NCBI RefSeq assembly: GCF_037042905.1
Contig: NC_087256.1
Span: forward strand, 2,170,001 to 2,234,000
Reading direction: 5' to 3'
Source: Lytechinus pictus
Lineage: Eukaryota
Length of the DNA stretch: 64,000 bases
Position numbers and translations under genes: made by a program
Part shown: in pieces, positions 13,971-21,746 of the stretch
Position numbering within the stretch: the stretch's first letter is position 1
How the letters are laid out: every line of letters begins with the position of its first letter
The notes under the pieces: generated by a model
The model's input: the letters and a program-made list of their open reading frames with translations, nothing else
The model's database searches: none
What the model was told of the DNA's origin: nothing

Positions 13971-16900
13971 TGCTTTAAGAGACCAATCCACACTGAATGG
14001 ATCCAGATCTAACGGACCATTCCGATCAACAGGTCCAGTATGAATCGGTCCATGTGATTATCAGCTGGGTCTTTATCTTTCAAAGAGTATAGGCATAGGA
14101 TAGAGATGAGGTAGTTATTTAGTTAAGCAGTCTGATAATCCATTGGGCAAAAGTTTTGTTCTTTATTAATCCCTGAATACATAATGGACCAGGTGATATG
14201 ACAATAAATGCTTTCATAAAACTATAAAGAACCACAAGGTTATTTAGTAATTTTAAGTATGGAGTGGGACATTTCTCTGAATTGTATATATAGATTTTTA
14301 AATTGATACTAAAACATATTGGGCCAAAAGAAAAGTTTGGGGGAAAATAAGTAAAAAATAAACCATTTTTGGAAGTAGAAATAGAAATGAGTTGGCAATC
14401 TGATGGAGATGTATGTGTGTGTTATGACTAAAGGTTGTAGTAGTAGCAGCAGCAATGTGACCAACAGCATAGCTTTGATTTGAGCACTGAAAGCTACAAG
14501 CATGACATAGAAGCAAAAGCACAGAATGAACTCTTTGATGGGAGAACAAAAGTGTTTAAAAAAATGATGAAAAAAAAATCCCATTTAACCCTTTTATAAT
14601 ATCTCTTTTAAAGCCTACATGATTATACAGAATTGTTATTTGCAAGAATAATCTACAATTTTTTCTGTCTACTTATTCTAGGCAGCAGAAAGAGTGCATG
14701 CAGCATAAAGAAATATTTCTGAATAAAAATTGAAATGCAGCTAAAAAGAGAGAGCGAAAAAAAGACAAGTAAATGGGAAACAGACTCATTCAAATTCAGT
14801 TACTTATTTTTTTACAAGTTCTATAATACACAAAACATGTACAGTGTCTCCTTTTCATCATTCAAAGTTCTCAGACAATGAATGTTATTTCCTGTTTCCC
14901 ATAGAATATGCAATATGGTCAAAATAGTATCAAATTCGCTTACCAGCCATCTCATGTACTGATCATGAGTCAGGATTCATGTCAAAATGTTATCTAATCA
15001 ATGAAATTTAGAGGAAACAACATCAAAATTATTGATAGATATCACAGACGGGAAGGTATTTTGACAAATTTCAGAATAAGTATTCACTAACATGACAAAG
15101 CATGATGTATTCAACAAGACCCACAAACAAGTACCCGTAATCACTTTATTTTTTTTTATTCTTGATTGGGATCTAGCTTTTATAGTCCTGCAGTGAGCAA
15201 GTGAGCTAGACATGTAGAAATCTTTTATTCATTTATATTTCAGTTTCTTGCAGCCTGAGATTTTTCAAAATGTACATCTTCTAAAAATTTATGCAAGACA
15301 ATCTGATCAACAGTGTATCGCATATATACACTAATCAAGTAAGAGGGAGTTGGTTCGATGGAAAAAATATAGAATGCGAAAATTTTGACTGTTAAAACTT
15401 ATCAGGTAAAATAAGACATTGTTAGTTAGGGGGTTAATCACTGTTTTTTTTTTAAGAACTCAATACACAAAAAAATTGACTTTCATTTCAGCTAACCATT
15501 TTATCCTCCTCATCATAATGATTGTTGAGTTGGTGACAAGGGCTGTGTGATAGTTGTAATAAAATGTGATTTTATTAAATATTTTTATTACCTTCACACA
15601 TTCCCCCAATTCCTTTTACGTGTACTATACACTTTTATATAGCACTGGATATTAAAAAGAAAAAGATTAGCAATTGTGTGAGATAGTAATAAAAATAATT
15701 CATTTTAAAGTGGCGACAGGTGAAAAATAATTTTGATTGGCTTAGGAGCATCTATCACTGACTTGTTACTAGAGTAACTGTTGTAGAGAACTACATCTTG
15801 TCAGTGCTGCAAAGCTTCATTAAATGGTGCAAAGCTCGTTATTTCGGTAGTTGTTAACTTGTTGCTATATCAGACAAGTTCTAAAAGGATGCAAAAATAT
15901 AAACATGAAGCATGTGTGACCTGCTTGTCTGTGCAATATGTGAAACTAGTAAAATGACTTTTAAGAAATGATCAACAAAGCTGTCTTTAAATGCAGAGTG
16001 CAACATGTAAACAACAAGAAAAAAGGGAGTTGGGGTGGGTAGAAATTTTCAGAGGGGTGGAGAGGGAAGATGAGGGGTAAAAATATATTGAGTGGAAGGA
16101 TAAAAGGAAAAGGATTACTTTTCTCATTTTTTCTTTGGCAGACAGAATTTGCCGAAGATCAATTCAAGACTGATCGATGACTTTGAGAAGCACAATCAAA
16201 GTTTCATGAATCTGGACTCTCTTATTCTCACTGCAGCTGGTATAGTAGCCACAGCTTCTGATTCAAAGATGACGTTTTAAGTTCTAAACGAACCAGGATA
16301 TTATTCATGAATAACCTTAGCCAATTGTGTCTTCATTGCAAATAAGCTCTTTGGCTAGCACTGATCAGGCATAGGCTTAGAACCTGGCTAAAGGAACTCA
16401 AGATTTTATTCCTTCAGTTAGCTGATACCTATCCCCATCTCCTTATATTCTGAAGGGAAAGAGTTCCTTTATGATTCAACTTGTAACAATTATTTAGTTA
16501 AAGTACCTTATGTTTGATCCTATACCCTGTATCCTATTTAGAGGGCATGTCTTAGTGATCTGAATTTGGAAGTGTGGGGCAGTTATTAAGGGGTGAAATT
16601 AAATCTTGATAAATGTTCTCATTTTGGTTTGAAGTATCATTAAGAAAAGAGAGAAAAAAAGAAGAAGAGGGAATGAGAAGAAAAAAAAGTATGTCAGGAG
16701 CAAGGGCATTGAATCATCAGCCAGGCAGGATATGAACTTGGTGTAAAAGGAGCCCCTGTGAAGCAAGCAGAGCTAAATTTATAACTATCCCCTGTACATG
16801 ACCTTGCTATTATGACTGTCCATTTCCTCAAGAGTAAAAAGCCCAAGTATATAAACATGAACAAGTGAGAAGAAGGGGCCAAAGCCTGACACAAAATAAC

Positions 16901-18738
16901 ACATTGCATTATGATAGGAGATCATAATTGTGTTTAAAAAAAAATAGAGCATGTGTAAAAGGGCTGCTCATAAAACTACCATGTTTCCAAGAGGTACCAG
17001 AAGCTCTGTTACAAGTCTTAAGACTTGTGAGTGTGAGTGAGCAGTCCTGAGCAATGAAACAGCTTCATCGCTCAGATTCAAGACTTATGCATTTTGATGA
17101 GAAAAGTATCTCCTTCATCTGGCACTGCTGATGAAGTACAATTGGAAGAATTAGGTTGAGGGATCAGATTATGGGAGAGAAGGATTATGGCAAAGCATTA
17201 GAAGAAATGTTTATCTCATCTTAATATTATGTATGCATACATTCATGGTGGATCAGTGAGGGATTGTGTAGCAATGTATGCATGATGAGGCAATCTATAC
17301 AACACTAAATTTAGGACATGAAATTAGAGTAAGAAGGAAAGCAAGAAAACTCAGGATTGCTGCAGATTGTCACAATCTCTTGGCTCATGGAACAGTGAGC
17401 AAAAACAAAAACAGGAGAGAAAAAGGACAGTAAGAGATCGGGGGGAGGAGAGATGAGAGAAGAACAGAAAATAAGTAATCCTATTAAAGATCACAGTTAA
17501 TGTGCAAAACACAAAACCAGAAATGGACCTAATGCGTAGTAATTTACAGGTACATATGTGATTTGATTGCTCAATAAACAGGTTTGCTAAGCTTGTTCAA
17601 ATTTATGAACATTTAATTTCTATGGCCCAACCCAAAATATATGTACCATAAATGCTTAAATGATATCTAGTTTGTATTACTTGTTGGTTGCTATATCTGG
17701 CAAGCCTCTGGCATGCACTAGGGTTATCGGGTTGCTTACAAAAGTATACGAGAAAGGAATAGGTTTAGTAAATAAAGGTTTGTGAATTGGGTATTTTGGC
17801 TTGTTTTACAGCGGTTTTTAGGTCATTCATCTGCTTAATTTTTTTTTGTGATAAAAGACATGATTTAAATTGGAAGGGATGGGAGTTCACTGTTCTTTAT
17901 ATAATAGCCAAAACTTTATAAATGAATTAATATTTATAGATATTCTTAATCTACTGACAGAAGAAAAAGGCAACTTCTGCAGAATGATACTGTAATGTTT
18001 TACTTCCATTTTTGAGGTTTGTTAGTTGATATCACATTTGAGGTTGAAAGGTTTTGAGGATCATGCATTCTATAATACTTGGTAGTGTGAAATCACACTA
18101 TGATGAAAAGATATTTTACGGAAAACCCCCCATAAGGGTTGTTAAATATTAGAGTAACACATCTACAATATAATCTACTAATCATCACTACTACAATGAG
18201 GTATAATAACAATAATAAATGTTAAAAAATTTACAATACTCATTATGAAATCCTGACTTAAAAATCACAAATATGAAAGCCTGAAATAGGCCCAAAATAG
18301 ATATATACTTACTGATTTGAGGAAATAAATCCAGATATGTTTTTTTTTATCTCTAGGTACTTAGCATATAAATGTATATGTGTAGTGCACATAAGAAATA
18401 TTCTCATTGGATATAAAAGTATAAAACTATAACAGTAGTTCTCCTGATAAGACTTTGCTTGAACAAAATAAAATGCAAGCACTTGTTGATTTTTTGTCTC
18501 GAATGATTTCAATACACTTGATAATACACATTTTACATGATAAAATAGACAGTAATTGCAGTTTGACAAATAAGCTTGCGCTAAAAGTATAACATGGAAC
18601 ATTTCGACACATAATAGTCAAAAACACTTATATTTCATATATTTTGCACCCGCATCATAAAATGTTTTAAGTTCAAAGCTCCAACACCTACTTAAAAGTG
18701 ACAAAGTAATATTTTAGATATTTCATGGCTTGAAAGCA

Positions 18739-20832
18739 TTACCTGACATGTTGGCTTCGAGTCACGTGACAAGTGAACTCTATCTTGTCCCGACAGACGT
18801 AGCCGCATATGCTGCACTGGAAAGGATGTCTTGTGCCATGACAGCTCATGTGCAGAGTAAAGATGACATGATCGGTAAAGAAGGTCTCGCAGTGAGGACA
18901 TTTGACAGCCTGGTGAGGGATGCCCACTGGATCACCTCCCATCCATTCCGTCTGTGCTTGGCCGTCGATCTTGCCATCTTCTTCACCACCGCTACTGCTG
19001 CTGCTCTTGTTGCCCTTGTCTGCCGCCTGTGGGCCAGAGGTAGATATTTCACCATTGTTGGTCACCACTTCACCTTCATAAATTCCTTGCTTGAAGTACC
19101 TCTGCGTGTGACCAGCGTTTTCGTCTGAGTCTGGTGTCACATCACCAGGGGATCTCAGATTCTGGCCAACTCCATGAGGATACTTGTACATGTTTTGGTC
19201 ATGTGGAGAGCCCGGCACGTCAACACCATTGACCATTGCCTGATGATGGAATGCAGGCATGACCCCTTCTGCTTTGACTCCAAGAGGGTGATTAGCTTCA
19301 CTGGCATATGCTGCTGCTACATGACCTTCTGTGTTGGGTACATCAGACCTGGTATCAATCCAGAGCTCTGTACCATGCTCTTGTTCTGGTGACATAACCA
19401 GCTCCCTCTTTGGAAAGGGTGTCCTCTTCCGCTTCCTGGCACCGCCCTCCTTCTTGCGTCTAAAGATTGGAAAGTTGGCCCAATGAGGCGCATTTTCGTT
19501 GGGATGAAGAGGTTGAGGAGATATAGATGTATTTGAAATGACAGAGTTCATTGTGTTATTGACCATGCTACCCACCAGAGAGCCAGGTGTGATGTTACCT
19601 GATCTAGAAGGGGCACTATGGTTGCTATCACTTTCATGGACATCCCGGGAAGGTAGATGTGGTGAGGGGTTGCCCGGGAGGTCCGGTGTATCCTGGGATG
19701 GCATTTCCTGAGGTTGACCCGTACTTGATCCTGGACTTGTCTTCTGGGGACTTAGTGTTTCTGAGGAGGCTATTTCTGAATGAGGTAGAGAAATATTTGA
19801 ATGTTTTACAATCTTGCCATTGCCCATCTCCATTTCCCTAATGCTATTGTCTGAGCCATCATAGGGGCTGTGTTCTTGCATGGACAATGCATGAGATAAA
19901 GAAGGGGGGCCATTATCAAAACTTCCTGAGGTATCTAAGACTGGTTTGCCTTCACTGGTATAGAGAGGGGCCTTGTACAGCCCTTCTTCTGAAGGTGAGG
20001 AGATATTATTTTGAGCACTGAAAGGCGGCGAGCTATCTTCCGTCATGGACAACGGTGGCAACGGTGCCCCATTGACATCAACATTATTATGGCGCTTACG
20101 ACGATGCGCTTGCAGGTTGCATTTGTAGGGCGTCTGGTAGTGGCACTGGTCACACTTGAACTGCTTACTGGTGCCAGTGTGGACGATCAAGTGCCTCATT
20201 AGGCTGCTTCGGAAGGCACTGCTGAAGCCACAAACCAGGCACTTGTAGGGCTTCTTCCCTGAATGAACATTCATGTGCTCATTTAAGTGTGTCTTGGTAG
20301 GAGAAATGTGTGTACACAGCTTACACTGGTACACTCGTCCATGTTCAGAAAATGGTGAAAGGGCGCTTAAGGAGTTGAGACCTTCCATGGTTGGAGGGGG
20401 ACCTGAGGTAGATACATGCAAGGGAATGCCTCGACTCACTTCCGGCATGAGGGGCGGGGGCAGGTCTCTTATTTTATTAATGTCTGGCATGCGACGATCA
20501 ATTAAGATGGAACTCGTCATATCGACCCTGTGGACTGCCAGATGCTGCTGTAACGTACTATGTAATGAACAACTGAAGCCGCACTCTAAACACTGGTATG
20601 GGCGCGAACCTGTATGAATGTTCATATGTTCATCGAAAGCAGCTTGTGTGGACGCAATAAACGTACAGAGTTGGCACTGGTACCCTTGACTTGGCTTACG
20701 AGGGCTTACACCAGGAGAGGTATTCTGTTGTACTTCTGGAGGTGGTGTTCCTGTGGAATCCTCACCAATACTGGAATGACTAGAGCTACTGCGGGATGAC
20801 CCAACTGTTTGCAATCTTTCTTTGTCAGCCAT
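18739..20832 (-). CDS. IKZF5: Ikaros/Hunchback-family C2H2 zinc-finger transcription factor, most like Pegasus (IKZF5); 697 aa, 7 fingers (2+3+2)
   Basis: Open 697-aa ORF. Fingers at aa 51-101 (two), aa 168-~248 (three, last ending NLQAHRRKRH) and a C-terminal pair CPHCETFFTDHVIFTLHMSCHGTRHPFQCSICGYVCRDKIEFTCHVTRSQH typical of the Ikaros/Hunchback dimerisation domain. Basic NLS-like RRKK..RKRKR and SUMO-consensus VKAE. In-frame TGA directly before the ATG fixes the start. Family is secure; exact IKZF5 orthology comes from recalled sequence similarity and needs a phylogeny. Confidence 0.9.
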   Translation of the reverse strand: MADKERLQTVGSSRSSSSHSSIGEDSTGTPPPEVQQNTSPGVSPRKPSQGYQCQLCTFIASTQAAFDEHMNIHTGSRPYQCLECGFSCSLHSTLQQHLAVHRVDMTSSILIDRRMPDINKIRDLPPPLMPEVSRGIPLHVSTSGPPPTMEGLNSLSALSPFSEHGRVYQCKLCTHISPTKTHLNEHMNVHSGKKPYKCLVCGFSSAFRSSLMRHLIVHTGTSKQFKCDQCHYQTPYKCNLQAHRRKRHNNVDVNGAPLPPLSMTEDSSPPFSAQNNISSPSEEGLYKAPLYTSEGKPVLDTSGSFDNGPPSLSHALSMQEHSPYDGSDNSIREMEMGNGKIVKHSNISLPHSEIASSETLSPQKTSPGSSTGQPQEMPSQDTPDLPGNPSPHLPSRDVHESDSNHSAPSRSGNITPGSLVGSMVNNTMNSVISNTSISPQPLHPNENAPHWANFPIFRRKKEGGARKRKRTPFPKRELVMSPEQEHGTELWIDTRSDVPNTEGHVAAAYASEANHPLGVKAEGVMPAFHHQAMVNGVDVPGSPHDQNMYKYPHGVGQNLRSPGDVTPDSDENAGHTQRYFKQGIYEGEVVTNNGEISTSGPQAADKGNKSSSSSGGEEDGKIDGQAQTEWMGGDPVGIPHQAVKCPHCETFFTDHVIFTLHMSCHGTRHPFQCSICGYVCRDKIEFTCHVTRSQHVR

Positions 20833-20885
20833 TCATGATCTAATTCTTCACACTTTCCTTGGAAACATAGATTGTAATGATAATT

Positions 20886-20915
20886 CTGCAAGGAGAAACA
20901 TAAGAGAAAGAGATT
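20886..20915 (-). promoter_or_regulatory. 3' splice acceptor of a 5'-UTR intron; exon starts at 20885, 53 nt before the ATG
   Basis: Minus strand TCTCTTTCTCTTATGTTTCTCCTTGCAG|AATT: long polypyrimidine tract plus CAG. Confidence 0.8.
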
Positions 20916-21143
20916 GTTTTATATAGTGTATTGGTTTCATAAAGTATAAACAATATTGTGAAAAATATGCAATGAACAATCTTAGTACATAACTAAAATA
21001 AATTTCCAAGATTGTTGACTTCTTATGTCAAAGTACAAGATGTCATGATAAATGAATGAATATAACAGGTACTGAATTTTTCAAATGGCCTTTTTGGTTA
21101 TTGGAAGTATTATACATGGAACTAGAATTTCTTAATTACTTAA

Positions 21144-21746
21144 AGGACAAGTCCACCCCAACAAAAACTTGATTTGAATAAATAGAGAAAAATTCAACAA
21201 GCATAACACTGGAAATTTCATCAAAATCGGATGTAAAATAAGAAAGTTATGATAGTTTAAAATATCGCTTCATTTCACAAAACAGTTATATGCACATCTC
21301 GGTTGGTATGCAAATGAGGGAACTGATGACATCACTCACTCACTATTTCTTTTGTATTTTATTATATGAAATATGAAATATTTTGATTTTCTCGTCATTG
21401 TCATGGGAAATGAAGTTTCATTCCTCCCTGAACACGTGGAATTCCATTATTTCAACATTTTGTGCTTCAGGCAAGGAGGTCCTAATCATCAAATTCGTAA
21501 AAATTGAAATATTGTAGAATTCAAACAATAAAAAACAAAAGAAATAGTGAGTGAATGACATCATCGACTCTCTCATTTGGATGTAACTGGCTCGTTCACA
21601 TAACTATTTTGTTAAAAATAAGCGAAACTTTGAAATGTCATAACTTTCTTATTTTACATCCGATTTTGATGAAATTTTCAGCATTGTGCTTGTCTGATTT
21701 TTCTCTAGTGATTCAAATCAACATTTTTCTGAGGTGGACTTGACCT
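21144..21746 (+). mobile_element. Kolobok-like non-autonomous MITE, family A (full length)
   Basis: TTAA duplication, termini AGGACAAGTCCACC / GGTGGACTTGACCT (purine termini, unlike piggyBac CC), long imperfect subterminal inverted repeats; further copies at 24510, 32064, 58164. Confidence 0.88.

Larger units (their letters stand above)
7780..18738 (-). promoter_or_regulatory. Putative ~11-kb 3' UTR of the zinc-finger gene with let-7 and miR-125 target sites
   Basis: Follows the stop codon. Only small eroded transposon relics, U-rich on the minus strand, strand-specific miRNA seed sites, terminal poly(A) signal. No transcript evidence available. Confidence 0.6.

Noticed and set aside
11706-14114. 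let-7 precursor genes on the plus strand (TGAGGTAG matches)
   Set aside because: Matches stop after 8-9 nt and there is no pre-miRNA hairpin; they are better read as target sites on the minus strand.
18737-18745. Splice donor CAG|GTAATG overlapping the stop codon
   Set aside because: Ikaros-family proteins end right after the last finger and no downstream coding exon is visible. Kept only as a caveat for the 3' UTR model.
18739-20832. Calling the gene a true hunchback orthologue
   Set aside because: It lacks the four-finger middle array with canonical Hunchback residues; the fingers and C-terminus look closer to Pegasus. A phylogeny is needed.
18730-20891. Several overlapping ORFs on the plus strand and alternative minus frames
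   Set aside because: Shadows of the GC-richer zinc-finger CDS with no domain signal.
21144-21746. piggyBac classification for the TTAA-flanked MITEs
   Set aside because: Termini are AG..CT rather than CC..GG, which fits Kolobok better; no transposase is present to confirm either.
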